A DNA stretch of 64,000 nt from a bacterium. GTDB lineage: Bacteria > Patescibacteriota > Patescibacteriia > Patescibacteriales > GWC2-42-12. How positions within the stretch are numbered: position 1 is the stretch's first letter; the number at the start of each line of letters is the position of its first letter. A program made the position numbers and the translations under genes. The notes beneath the pieces are model-generated. The model worked only from the letters and a program-made list of their open reading frames with translations. It made no database searches and was not told the origin of the DNA. The DNA lies in contig JAUSEG010000017.1 in the NCBI GenBank assembly GCA_030650415.1, positions 16,885-80,884 of the forward strand, written 5' to 3'. This document shows, piece by piece, positions 1-9,104 of this stretch.

Positions 1-1
1 A

Positions 2-1615
2 TATCGTAGAATAGTTTTAAATTACATCGGCGAAAAAGATTCGACTGAAGTTTCAGAACAAAACGACTCTAAGCCAGAAGCTTCTTCACCCAGGATGGTC
101 GATGGCGTTAATTTAAATAAAATTAATCGATTTGCGTCAAAAGAGAAAGGTAAATTTGAAAAAGCGCCCGCTCAAGGAGATCAGAAGGCCGTTTCCGGCA
201 GAAACCAGGAAGAATTGATAAAGTCTGGCGAAGAAGAGCGGTTAAGAGAGGCGATTAAACGGCAAGAAGAGGGAAGAAAAAAAATAAAAGAAGAAGAAAG
301 GCAATATCAAATAAATAAGGAGCAGGAAGAAAGAAATCGGCTGGAGCAGGAGGAGAGGCAAAGGCAAGAAAAAATCAGACTGGAGGAAGAGCGTATTAGA
401 CAGGAAAAAAATAAAGAGAAAGAAAGACAGAGGGCTGAAGAAACTAAGAAATTGGTAGAGAAGAAAAAATCAGAAGATCTAATAAAAGAAGAGCAAAAAA
501 AGGCTAAAGAGAAAATTAGGCTGGAAAGTGAAAAAATCGAAAAAGAGAAAGCTAAACAGCTTGAGATTATAAAGCAGAAGCGGGAGCTGGCTGAAAAAAA
601 ATTCCGCGAAGAGCGTGAGTTAATCAAGCAGGAAGAATTAAAGAAAAAAGAAATTGTCGAACAGGCTAAACGCCAGGCGCAAGAAAAAAAGCGAGCGGAA
701 GGCATTAAAAGGTATGAAGAAAGAATCAGGCTCGAGAAGCTTAAAGAAGAAGAAAATAGAAGAATTAGAGAAAATTTTCGCTTGGAAAGAATGAGGCGTA
801 GAGAAGAGATAAAGAGGCTAAGGCTGGAAATGAAAATAAAAAGGCAGGCGGAAAGGGAAAAACGCAGAATTAAACGGCGTCGGGCTTGGAAAAAAATGAA
901 GAAAAACTTTAATTTTAAATTAAGGATTCTGCTTCTTAGGCTTAAGCAAAACATTATTTATATAGTCTCGTTCTTAGCGGTTTCTTTGGCTATTATATAT
1001 ATAGTTTTTTGCTTGGCGGTTCTAAGGTTTAATAATGGTTTTATCGGTTGGGCGGCTAATTACCTGTCGGTGCCAGCGGTTATTACCAACCAGGGTATAG
1101 TAAGCTACAGCGATTATAGAAAAATTGAGGATGAAAATTATCTGAGATTAAGTTTAGCCGAGAAAAAAAATTATTTGTCCGAGTGGGTGGTTCTGCGGAA
1201 TTTAAGGAATAAATATCGAATTTCGACCGAATCATCAGACAATAATTTGGCCATAAGGTATGTTTTGGATAAAGATTTTAATCAGGTTGGATTGTCTAGA
1301 ATAAATAAAATTAATGAATTATTAAAAGGCGGCAGCGAGTTTGAATCGTTAGGCCGATACGCGGATGAATATAGCGACGGAGCTTATTATGATAGCGCGA
1401 GCGCGACAGAGAAATTCGGCTCTAAAGGACTAGGCTTAGTCATCGGCCAAACTAGCCAAATTATACCTCAAGCCAATGGTTATTATCTAGTAGAAAGAAT
1501 TGATGATAAAAATGGCCAGCTTGGCTTAAGATATCTTTTTATTGAAGCCAAGACTTTGGATCAGTATGTCCATGAAAAATTGAATAAAACCGGAGTGTTT
1601 ATTTTGGCTGACTAA
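2..1615 (+). CDS. Long charged coiled-coil membrane protein with C-terminal SurA/PrsA-like domain (likely 5'-truncated by window)
   Basis: Frame open from base 2 to the stop at 1615; E/K/R-rich N-terminus, one TM helix, C-terminal 'FESLGRYADE...SQIIPQANGYYLV' resembles a parvulin/PrsA fold. Confidence 0.6.
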   Translation, partial: YRRIVLNYIGEKDSTEVSEQNDSKPEASSPRMVDGVNLNKINRFASKEKGKFEKAPAQGDQKAVSGRNQEELIKSGEEERLREAIKRQEEGRKKIKEEERQYQINKEQEERNRLEQEERQRQEKIRLEEERIRQEKNKEKERQRAEETKKLVEKKKSEDLIKEEQKKAKEKIRLESEKIEKEKAKQLEIIKQKRELAEKKFREERELIKQEELKKKEIVEQAKRQAQEKKRAEGIKRYEERIRLEKLKEEENRRIRENFRLERMRRREEIKRLRLEMKIKRQAEREKRRIKRRRAWKKMKKNFNFKLRILLLRLKQNIIYIVSFLAVSLAIIYIVFCLAVLRFNNGFIGWAANYLSVPAVITNQGIVSYSDYRKIEDENYLRLSLAEKKNYLSEWVVLRNLRNKYRISTESSDNNLAIRYVLDKDFNQVGLSRINKINELLKGGSEFESLGRYADEYSDGAYYDSASATEKFGSKGLGLVIGQTSQIIPQANGYYLVERIDDKNGQLGLRYLFIEAKTLDQYVHEKLNKTGVFILAD

Positions 1616-1624
1616 GAGAAATTT

Positions 1625-1661
1625 AATAATCAGCTCCGACGTTTTGTCGGGGCTGATTATT
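1625..1661. terminator. Hairpin, probable bidirectional terminator
   Basis: aataatcagctccgac...gtcggggctgattatt between convergent ORF and tRNA. Confidence 0.6.
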
Positions 1662-1663
1662 TA

Positions 1664-1739
1664 TGGAGCCGATGGTCGGGATCGGACCGACGACCTATGG
1701 TTTACGATACCATTGCTCTACCAGCTGAGCTACATCGGC
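1664..1739 (-). tRNA. tRNA-Thr(CGT)
   Basis: Cloverleaf GCCGATG...CATCGGC-T-CCA; anticodon arm ATGGT-ATCGTAA-ACCAT. Confidence 0.95.
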
Positions 1740-1746
1740 AAACTTT

Positions 1747-2079
1747 CTAGACTATATCATATCTGGGCATAATATCAATAGCCGGTTCTTCGTAGGGGTG
1801 GAATTTTTTTACTTCGGAGATAATTTTCTCCACCAGATTTCGATGGCAAATAATTTCAATTAATTCTTCTTTCACTTCTTCCGGCAGTCCAATCTGGCCG
1901 ACAGACGGCTGCGCTCCTGGCTTCGGAAGGAAACGTCCGGTTTGTTTCATTGAACTGCTGCAATGTTCATAGTTTCCCTGCTGGCCGGCTCCAGCCCTGC
2001 CCAAAATTTCGCGGATTTTATCCGCGGCTTCAACCGGAACGGCAATACGGATTTTTACGAAAGCAGATTCTTTCAGCAT
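1747..2079 (-). CDS. YqfO/NIF3-insert (PII/CutA-like) protein
   Basis: 'GAGQQGNYEHCS...G+F.P..GA.P.+G' and 'HPYEEPAID' motifs; start moved to ATG 2079 to avoid overlap. Confidence 0.85.
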   Translation of the reverse strand: MLKESAFVKIRIAVPVEAADKIREILGRAGAGQQGNYEHCSSSMKQTGRFLPKPGAQPSVGQIGLPEEVKEELIEIICHRNLVEKIISEVKKFHPYEEPAIDIMPRYDIV

Positions 2080-2086
2080 AGGAAAT

Positions 2087-2824
2087 TTATTTTTTGCCGT
2101 ATATCCCTTCTTCAATTTGTCGAACGCCTTGCTTCTCGGTTTCAACTGTTTTAGCATAGGCGTCTGAATTTCTCATGGCTTCTATGATTTTTTCGTATTT
2201 AGCATCTCGCGATATCAATATTTCTTCCGCTGGCAATAGGCGAATCTGTAATTCTTTTCCCTTTTTAAAGTAATCCCAAGATTCAAAAAAATCTTTATCA
2301 TCGGGTTTCAATCTTTTTGCCAATTCCTCTAAATGATCTAACATCGACCGGACTCTTGGGAAATGAATCTCGCCGGTAAGTATCGCAACGCTTCTCCAGC
2401 TGTTCCTTCTCGCCATTTTAACCATTTCAAGCAATTCGGTTAAAGTATTTGTAGATTTTTCCTCCAACTCAATAGTTTTTTCTGATACCCCCAATCTCTT
2501 AAGTTCTTGCGCGTATGTTTCGGCGAGAGTAGGTTCGTCTTCGTAGTCGTAGCTTGTGGTTACGAGTTTTATTTTAGGAAAAAATTGTGAAATTTCCGCG
2601 GCCGCGATAACGCGAGCATGTCCACCGCCCATGGAACCATGATTATCTAAACTACTGTAAGAATCAGCACGATACATTTTTTTTTCACCAAAATTTTTAT
2701 TCCTAGCGCTTGCGGATAAAATAAAAATAGCCTTTGCATCGTCTACCATTTCACCGTATTTTTTGACTTTATTTTTTTCAGTACTTTGTTCTAACTTAAA
2801 ATTTTGTAGTTCATTTTTTCTCAT
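2087..2824 (-). CDS. YdcF/DUF218 (ElyC/SanA-like) protein
   Basis: 'R+.AA', 'LGV...I.LEEKSTNT.E', 'T...H.PR' motifs. Confidence 0.75.
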   Translation of the reverse strand: MRKNELQNFKLEQSTEKNKVKKYGEMVDDAKAIFILSASARNKNFGEKKMYRADSYSSLDNHGSMGGGHARVIAAAEISQFFPKIKLVTTSYDYEDEPTLAETYAQELKRLGVSEKTIELEEKSTNTLTELLEMVKMARRNSWRSVAILTGEIHFPRVRSMLDHLEELAKRLKPDDKDFFESWDYFKKGKELQIRLLPAEEILISRDAKYEKIIEAMRNSDAYAKTVETEKQGVRQIEEGIYGKK

Positions 2825-2886
2825 AAATTTTGTTCATAGTTAAAGTATAAATTTGATTAACATTAATAAAAGAATATTCGCATAGG

Positions 2887-2957
2887 AGCGGGATACGAGA
2901 ATCGGACTCGCGTCTCCTGCTTGGGAAGCAGATGTACTACCATTGTACTAATCCCGC
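2887..2957 (-). tRNA. tRNA-Gly(CCC)
   Basis: GCGGGAT...ATCCCGC acceptor; anticodon arm TCTGC-TTCCCAA-GCAGG; CCA not encoded. Confidence 0.93.
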
Positions 2958-2965
2958 CTATTATT

Positions 2966-3154
2966 AAATTCGAAATCCTAAATTTTAAACTCTCATCGCT
3001 ACGCGAGATCTGGCGTAGCCATGATAAACAAATACAATCCGCCAGCTGGCGGACAAAATTCTAAATAAACTCCTAGTATTTATTGATTAGTTTAGAGTTT
3101 GGAACATTTGAATTGGGAATTTGTTTAGGGTTTAGATATTAGAATTTAGAGTTT
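2966..3154. repeat. Heptamer-periodic inverted-repeat element carrying a 32-bp (2993-3024) and a 16-bp (3038-3053) palindromic insertion
   Basis: Similar to 39449-39588, which lacks both insertions. Confidence 0.8.
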
Positions 3155-3183
3155 ATTTGTAAGTATGTTATAATTATATTTGT

Positions 3184-4797
3184 ATGGTGAGACAAAGTCA
3201 AATTTTTGCAAAGATAATAGTATTCTTTCTAATATTACTGCTGGCTCAAATGGCCGGTGGTTTTATTTACGCTTCTGAACCGGCGGCGCAAGATGAAAAT
3301 TCGTTTTTCATTAATATTAATAAGGCCACCGCCGATAAGGGCTATGCCATAAAAGCTTTGGCCGGTCAGTTTAGCCTTTCTTTACCCAAGGGAATTTTAA
3401 AAGACGCTACCGGAGTGGAAATAAAAAAAGTTAATGAAGATATGGATTTGCCTTGGCAGCTGGAAAAATTAAGCGAAATTTATCAGTATGAAATTATTAA
3501 TAAAACGGCTTATGACGGTAAAAAACCGCTAACGGTTGAGATTAAATATAATCAAGCGTCTTATTACTATAAGCAAGTTTATTTTTACGACAAAAATTAT
3601 TCTTCTTGGCGGCCGCTTTCCTGCAAGGAAATTTTTGACAAAAGTTCCGTTAGATGCGAAGTGCCGTTTAATTTCGCCCGATTGGCCGTCTTCGCCAATC
3701 CCAATGTCTTAGCCATCGGCAAAGCCAGCTGGTATAGCTACAAAAAAGGCAACTTTACAGCCTCGCCGGATTTTCCCAAAGGTTCAAAATTGCGTGTCTA
3801 TAATTTGGATAACGGTAAATTTGTAGATGTGGTAGTCAATGACTTCGGGCCGGAAAGAAAATTGCATCCTGATCGGGTGGTTGACTTGGAAAAAACCGCT
3901 TTTAGTAAAATTTCCAATATAAAACAGGGAACCATTAAAGTCAGAGTTGAACTCATTTCTCTTGGAGTTAAGTCCGAAAGATTATTTGGCATAAGCAATC
4001 AGGGAGCAAAAAACCAACCGGTGATAACGGCTAAGTCGGCTATTGTTATGGATGAACAGACCGGAGATATTCTATGGCAGAAGAACGCGACCAGCACTCT
4101 ACCTTTAGCCAGTCTTACAAAACTCGTTGCTATTAGAGCTTTTTTAGATACCAGGCCGAGCTTGAATAAAATAGTCGCTTACAGTATTAGAGATGAAGAA
4201 TATAATTATGAATATGTAAATAAATGGGAGTCGGCCAGGTTAAAATTAGCCGACGGCGATACTCTAACCATCGAAGATTTACTTTACGCGGCCTTAGTGG
4301 GTTCAGCCAATAACGCGGTTGAAACCCTAGTGCGCTCGAGCGGTTTAACCCGCAGTGAATTTATTAAGAATATGAATGATCTAGCGGCCGGTTGGGGCGC
4401 GTCAGCGACTCATTTTATCGAGCCGACCGGCTTGGCGCTGGAGAATGTGAGTTCGGCTTATGATTATGCTATAATAAGTAAGGAGGTTTATACTCATCCG
4501 ATTATTCAGAAGGCCAGCACCATGTATAAATATAAATTTACCACTCTGAACACTAATAAAGCCCATACCATAGTTAATACCGATAAACTTTTAGAAGTCA
4601 GCAGTTTAAACATCACCGGCTCTAAGACCGGCTACTTGGACGAAGCGCAATATTGCTTAATGGCCAGAGCTGCCAATAAGAAAGGCGGGCAAGTTATCGC
4701 CGTTATCATGGGAGCGGATAGCCGAGAGAAAAGCTTTGCCGAAACCGAAGAGCTTTTAAAGTATGGATTAAAAAATTGGACGCTGGTTATTAAATAA
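3184..4797 (+). CDS. RlpA-like DPBB domain fused to D-alanyl-D-alanine carboxypeptidase (peptidase S11)
   Basis: 'G.ASWY...V.VND.GP...R++DL' RlpA motif; SLTK (SxxK), SAN (SxN), KTG motifs; signal peptide. Confidence 0.85.
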   Translation: MVRQSQIFAKIIVFFLILLLAQMAGGFIYASEPAAQDENSFFININKATADKGYAIKALAGQFSLSLPKGILKDATGVEIKKVNEDMDLPWQLEKLSEIYQYEIINKTAYDGKKPLTVEIKYNQASYYYKQVYFYDKNYSSWRPLSCKEIFDKSSVRCEVPFNFARLAVFANPNVLAIGKASWYSYKKGNFTASPDFPKGSKLRVYNLDNGKFVDVVVNDFGPERKLHPDRVVDLEKTAFSKISNIKQGTIKVRVELISLGVKSERLFGISNQGAKNQPVITAKSAIVMDEQTGDILWQKNATSTLPLASLTKLVAIRAFLDTRPSLNKIVAYSIRDEEYNYEYVNKWESARLKLADGDTLTIEDLLYAALVGSANNAVETLVRSSGLTRSEFIKNMNDLAAGWGASATHFIEPTGLALENVSSAYDYAIISKEVYTHPIIQKASTMYKYKFTTLNTNKAHTIVNTDKLLEVSSLNITGSKTGYLDEAQYCLMARAANKKGGQVIAVIMGADSREKSFAETEELLKYGLKNWTLVIK

Positions 4798-4812
4798 ATT
4801 CTTATTTGCATT

Positions 4813-5493
4813 ATGATAAAGTTAGAAAATATTTCAAAAATCTATCCGCCGGATATTAAAGCTCTATATAAAGTTAACCTGCATATTAAGCCGGGCGAAT
4901 TTGTTTCCATCGTCGGCCGATCAGGCACGGGGAAAACTACCTTAGTTAAACTTTTAATCGGCGAAGAAAGGCCGAGCCAGGGGAAAATTATCGTTGGCGG
5001 CTGGGATATTACCAATATCGGCCAAGCGGAAGTTCCGGTTTTGCGTCGGCAGATTGGCGTAGTTTTTCAGGATTTTAAATTGCTTAACCGCAAGACTTTG
5101 TTTGAAAATGTCTGCTTCGCTTTGCAGGTTTGCGGCGAACCGCAGAGTAAGATTAACGGCATTGTGCCCCAAGTTCTAAAGATTGTCGGTTTGGAGAATA
5201 AGATGCATCGCTATCCCTCAACCGTTTCCGGGGGCGAGCAGCAGCGCGCCGTGATCGCCCGCGCCTTAGTGCATCGGCCAAAGATTCTTTTAGCCGATGA
5301 GCCGACCGGCAATCTGGATTCTATCAACGCCGATGAAATTATTGAAATTTTGCAGAAGATTAATAAATTCGGTACGACCGTTCTGCTTGTTACCCATAAT
5401 CGTGATGTAGTTAATAAATTAAGAAAAAGAGTTATTACCATTGAAAATGGGCTAATCGTCGGCGATCAAGCGGTGGGAAAATATATATTATAA
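4813..5493 (+). CDS. ftsE: Cell division ATP-binding protein FtsE
   Basis: GRSGTGKT, 'LRRQIGVVFQDFKLL', ADEPTGNLD; followed by ftsX. Confidence 0.92.
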   Translation: MIKLENISKIYPPDIKALYKVNLHIKPGEFVSIVGRSGTGKTTLVKLLIGEERPSQGKIIVGGWDITNIGQAEVPVLRRQIGVVFQDFKLLNRKTLFENVCFALQVCGEPQSKINGIVPQVLKIVGLENKMHRYPSTVSGGEQQRAVIARALVHRPKILLADEPTGNLDSINADEIIEILQKINKFGTTVLLVTHNRDVVNKLRKRVITIENGLIVGDQAVGKYIL

Positions 5494-5626
5494 AACCTTT
5501 AAAAACTTTTTAAGAAAAAGTTTTTAATATTTTCAAAAAATATATGGTATCAAATAAAAATCTTACAGCGAGCAAAGCTCTACGGCCGTAAGATTTTTAT
5601 TTGATGATTAATAAATATTATATTTT

Positions 5627-6541
5627 ATGTTTTTATTATCAATTTTAAGAGTCATAAAATTCAGCCTGCAAGACTTTGTCCGTAATATTTGGCTGTCGGT
5701 TATAACGATTATAATTATAGTTTTAGCTTTAATTTCCGTAAATCTTTTACTGGTGGTTAAAGTTTTGGGCACGGCAACCGTCAACGCGGTTAAAGAAAAA
5801 GTTGATATCAGCTTGTATTTAAAATCAGAGTCCGAGGAAAGCCGTATCTTAGCTTTAAGGAGTAAAATTAGTTCCCTGGGCTCGGTTCAAGAAGTTATAT
5901 ACATATCCAAGCAGGAAGCAATCGATAGTTTCAGGGAAAAGCATAAAAACAACCCGGAAATTTTAGCGGCGCTTCTGGAATTAGGCAGAAATCCGCTTTC
6001 TCCGAGCCTAGTAATTAAACCTAAGGATATAAATAATTACGAAGAATTAATTGTCAGCTTAAATAAGATTGATGATCAGCTGATTGAGTCAAGGAATTTT
6101 GACGATCACCGAGCCATGCTGGCAAAAGTTAATGATATTACCGAGAAGGCTTCCCGGGTCGGACTGGCGATCAGTTTGCTGTTTATTTTAATAACTATTC
6201 TGGTGGTTTATAATACGGTGCGCGTGGCTATTTATACTCATAAGAGAGAAATTGGCATTATGAAATTAGTCGGCGCTTCAAATTGGTTTATTCGCGCGCC
6301 CTATTTAATTTCCGGAATAATTTACGGCTTTCTGGGGGTAGTGGCGATAATAATTATTCTCTATCCGCTGCTAAGTTTTATTCAGCCATATCTCGAAGTT
6401 TTCTTTTACGGTTTTAAAGTGAATATTTTAGAATATTATAATAGTAATTTTTTTACAATTTTCGGCCTGGAATTTTTAGCCGTAACTTTAGTAAACTTTT
6501 TAGCCAGCTTAGTGGCGGTAGGGAAATATTCTAAAGTGTAA
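5627..6541 (+). CDS. ftsX: Cell division permease FtsX
   Basis: 'NPLSPS', 'EIGIMKLVGASNWFIRAPY' motifs; 4 TM. Confidence 0.92.
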   Translation: MFLLSILRVIKFSLQDFVRNIWLSVITIIIIVLALISVNLLLVVKVLGTATVNAVKEKVDISLYLKSESEESRILALRSKISSLGSVQEVIYISKQEAIDSFREKHKNNPEILAALLELGRNPLSPSLVIKPKDINNYEELIVSLNKIDDQLIESRNFDDHRAMLAKVNDITEKASRVGLAISLLFILITILVVYNTVRVAIYTHKREIGIMKLVGASNWFIRAPYLISGIIYGFLGVVAIIIILYPLLSFIQPYLEVFFYGFKVNILEYYNSNFFTIFGLEFLAVTLVNFLASLVAVGKYSKV

Positions 6542-6578
6542 TTAGGATGATAGCCGTCTCTTTTTTCGTCAGTTAGCA

Positions 6579-6686
6579 TTGTTCGGGCTGGAGGACGACT
6601 TTAGAACGATGGACTGGGTGGAAGTTAGGGAAAATCTAAAGTTTGCCGCCTGTAATTTAAAATGCTTAAAAGATGTTTTCGGTTAA
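6579..6686 (+). repeat. att-like 108-bp direct repeat copy 1
   Basis: Aligns without gaps to 8356-8463; preceded by GCATTGTTCGGG, also found at the tRNA-Gln 3' end (8624-8635). Confidence 0.8.
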
Positions 6687-7633
6687 ACAAAATTAAACAA
6701 ATATCCAATAATAATTATACCGAGAGTAACCGTGCCAAAGAATATGGCCAGTAATTTCATTGTCATAACCCTTTTTAGCATTATTGCTTCCGGTAGTGAC
6801 AACCCGGCGATAGCCATCATAAAAGCTAAGGCAGTGCCCAAAGGTATGCCTTGAACGGTTAAGGCAAAAACGATTGGCACGAGAGTTGAACATCCGGCAT
6901 AAATCGGAACGCCAATTAAGGTAGCGATCGGCACGGCCCAGATTGAATTAATGCTAAGATAGTGCCTAAAGAAATCTACCGGAACATACCCATGTATTAA
7001 AGCGCCAATTCCTACGCCGATAGCAATAAACAACCAAAGTTTTTTGAAAGTGGTAAAACTCTCATTTAACGAATACTGGATCTTCCCCTCTATGCTCTTG
7101 GGTAGATATTCAAGAGACAGGATCTCTCCTCCGTTATCATCAAATTTCAAAATTATTTCTTTTTCTAATTTCATCTTGCCAATTATTAGGCCGGCAACAA
7201 CGCCTAGAATAATCCCAGCCAAAGCGTAAAGGGTGGCTATCCTCCAGCCAAAAGTTCCCCCTATTAGCACAAAGACAACTTCATTTACTAGCGGAGAAGT
7301 AATAATAAAGGAAAAGGCTATGCCCAGGGGCATTTCCGCTTTTAAAAAGCCGATAAAAATCGGGACAGACGAGCAAGAACAAAAAGGCGTAACCGCCCCA
7401 AGAATTGAAGCGGCAATATTTCCAATGCCAAATTTTTGTTTGGCGAATGTTTCTTTCAACTTATGCGGCGATAGAAACGTGCGGATAAAAGCAATTACCG
7501 CGATAATAGCTAAAACAAGAAGATATATTTTAACCGTGTCATAAACAAAAAAGTTTATACTGCTACCTGCCCTTGAGGCGGGATCAAGATGAAATATAGA
7601 ATAAACTAACCAATTGGCAAATTGCTGAATCAT
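6683..7633 (-). CDS. ArsP-family (DUF318) permease
   Basis: 'TPFCSCS', 'SPL+N', 'G.PLGTALAFMM...LSLPE' motifs. Confidence 0.88.
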   Translation of the reverse strand: MIQQFANWLVYSIFHLDPASRAGSSINFFVYDTVKIYLLVLAIIAVIAFIRTFLSPHKLKETFAKQKFGIGNIAASILGAVTPFCSCSSVPIFIGFLKAEMPLGIAFSFIITSPLVNEVVFVLIGGTFGWRIATLYALAGIILGVVAGLIIGKMKLEKEIILKFDDNGGEILSLEYLPKSIEGKIQYSLNESFTTFKKLWLFIAIGVGIGALIHGYVPVDFFRHYLSINSIWAVPIATLIGVPIYAGCSTLVPIVFALTVQGIPLGTALAFMMAIAGLSLPEAIMLKRVMTMKLLAIFFGTVTLGIIIIGYLFNFV

Positions 7634-7643
7634 AAATTATATT

Positions 7644-7925
7644 TTAGCAACAGCTTTTATTAGTATCACTTCCGCAACAGTCTTTTTCCTCGGATTTTGG
7701 GTTGGTGTCACAAACACTATCCCCGCAACAGCTGCCGTCAGTTTTTTCAGAGCCTTTAAAAACATTCTTAACAAAATTTACAGCGGAAAATTCTTGTTTA
7801 ATATTTTTTGACTGGCATTTCGGGCAAGTAAATTTTTCGCTTTTACCCTCTTCTTTTTCCTTAATTGATGCCTTAACATCAAATACTTCGCCGCAGTCAG
7901 AACATTTGTAAGTGTAAGTTGCCAT
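7644..7925 (-). CDS. FmdB-family zinc-ribbon protein with Cys-rich tail
   Basis: 'M.TY.YKC..CG..F' and 'CPKC.S' plus CC pairs. Confidence 0.8.
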   Translation of the reverse strand: MATYTYKCSDCGEVFDVKASIKEKEEGKSEKFTCPKCQSKNIKQEFSAVNFVKNVFKGSEKTDGSCCGDSVCDTNPKSEEKDCCGSDTNKSCC

Positions 7926-7950
7926 AGATTTTAAGATTAATTAATAATTA

Positions 7951-8241
7951 TTAAAACGAATTGTCTTTTTTTACGTTCAAAATATTATCTATCGTTTTCT
8001 TCAATTCTATTAATGTTTTTTTGTTTAAAGAATAATATACCCATTTGCCATCTTTGCGGTCTACGATAAAACCACTTTCTCGTAAAATACCTAAATGGTG
8101 GGAAGTAAGATTTTGCGGCAAGCCAAATTTCTTAAAAATATTACAAACGCATTTTTCTCCGGAAGCCAAATAATTAATAATCTTGAAACGAATATTATTA
8201 CCTAATACGCAACAAAGTTCGTGTGATTTTTTTGATGTCAT
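7951..8241 (-). CDS. ArsR/SmtB family transcriptional repressor
   Basis: 'GEKCVC', 'SHHL.IL+..G', 'GKWVYYSLN'. Confidence 0.9.
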   Translation of the reverse strand: MTSKKSHELCCVLGNNIRFKIINYLASGEKCVCNIFKKFGLPQNLTSHHLGILRESGFIVDRKDGKWVYYSLNKKTLIELKKTIDNILNVKKDNSF

Positions 8242-8246
8242 ATTAT

Positions 8247-8294
8247 CATATCAAATTATATTGATATGTTATCTTATTTTTATTTTTTCGTCAA
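8247..8294 (-). promoter_or_regulatory. Sigma70 promoter overlapping putative ArsR operator
   Basis: TTGACG-N17-TAACAT on the minus strand; inverted repeat CATATCAA-N6-TTGATATG at 8247-8268. Confidence 0.6.
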
Positions 8295-8355
8295 ATTAAT
8301 TATATTCTCTACCTGTAATTACAAAAAAGCGCTCTAATATTAGAGTGCTTTCTAT

Positions 8356-8463
8356 TTACTCGGATTGGCCGACGACTTTAAAACGATGAATTGGGTTGCA
8401 GTCCGAGAAAATCTAAAGTTCGCCGCCTGTAATTTAAAATACTTAAAAAATATTGTTGGCTAA
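8356..8463 (+). repeat. att-like 108-bp direct repeat copy 2
   Basis: Aligns to 6579-6686. Confidence 0.8.
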
Positions 8464-8536
8464 GTCGTCGTTTATTGATTTAAACTTATCTTCAAGACAT
8501 AATTATTATAGATTAATAAGCCGGAAGTTACAATAT

Positions 8537-8645
8537 ATGGGCAAAATCAAAGAAAACATTTTCGAACTCCCAATAAATCGCTTACCTAACGAAAAAGCAG
8601 GCGTTTTATCACCTGCTCGTTCTGCATTGTTCGGGGACCAGGATT
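8537..8645 (+). pseudogene. Possible C-terminal remnant of a large serine recombinase reading into the antisense tRNA end
   Basis: 'FELPINRLPNEKAGVLSPARSALFGDQD' runs into the tRNA-Gln 3' end; family resemblance from memory only. Confidence 0.3.
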
Positions 8646-8798
8646 TTCACCCCGTCAAATAGTAAAGTTTTCTTCACATCGTTCGGGGACCAGGATTCGA
8701 ACCTGGATTAATGGCTTCAAAGGCCACTGTCTTACCATTGGACGATCCCCGAACGATATGAAGAAATTATATTAATAATTTTTATTTGACGGGGCAGG
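8646..8798. mobile_element. Palindromic miniature element (TTCA-CCCCGTCAAATA...TATTTGACGGGG-CAGG) carrying a tRNA-Gln
   Basis: 12-bp terminal inverted repeats; same end structure as 22573-22676, 36519-36621, 37703-37787, 59213-59252. Confidence 0.75.
8682..8752 (-). tRNA. tRNA-Gln(TTG), intact, nested
   Basis: TCGGGGA...TCCCCGA acceptor, GTGGC-CTTTGAA-GCCAT anticodon arm, CCAGG-TTCGAAT-CCTGG T-arm. Confidence 0.93.
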
Positions 8799-9104
8799 CC
8801 TGGATTAACGGCTTCAAAGGCCGCTGTCTTACCATTGGACGATCCCCGAATGTTGAGATGATTGTTAAATTATCTCTGGAAAACTAAGCAAAATCCCGAA
8901 AACTCGGGATATTGTTATCATAAAATATTATTTGATTTTTGTAAACCCCAGTTAAATATTTTTTAGCTATTATTAGCTTCGCCATAATAAAAGCGTATGT
9001 TTTGCTATCTGCTGTTGATATATTTATTTTTAACGGAGCGGGGTTGTTCTGGATTTTATTTTGAGCTATGATATAATATAAGATATAAAAAATAATTATA
9101 TTAT

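Larger units (their letters stand above)
8630..8849 (-). pseudogene. tRNA-Gln(TTG) interrupted in the T-loop by a 153-bp element
   Basis: 5' part 8799-8849 and 3' part 8630-8645 join into a full tRNA-Gln lacking only TTCG of the T-loop. Confidence 0.85.

Noticed and set aside
307..954. 215-aa minus-strand ORF
   Set aside because: Antisense shadow of the low-complexity E/K/R coiled-coil gene
5494..5605. Two AT-rich hairpins between ftsE and ftsX as an ncRNA
   Set aside because: Single occurrence in the window and no recognisable family; could be a terminator or repeat remnant
8630..8849. tRNA intron
   Set aside because: Insert is in the T-loop, removes 4 nt, and lacks group I or bulge-helix-bulge features; its ends match a DNA repeat family
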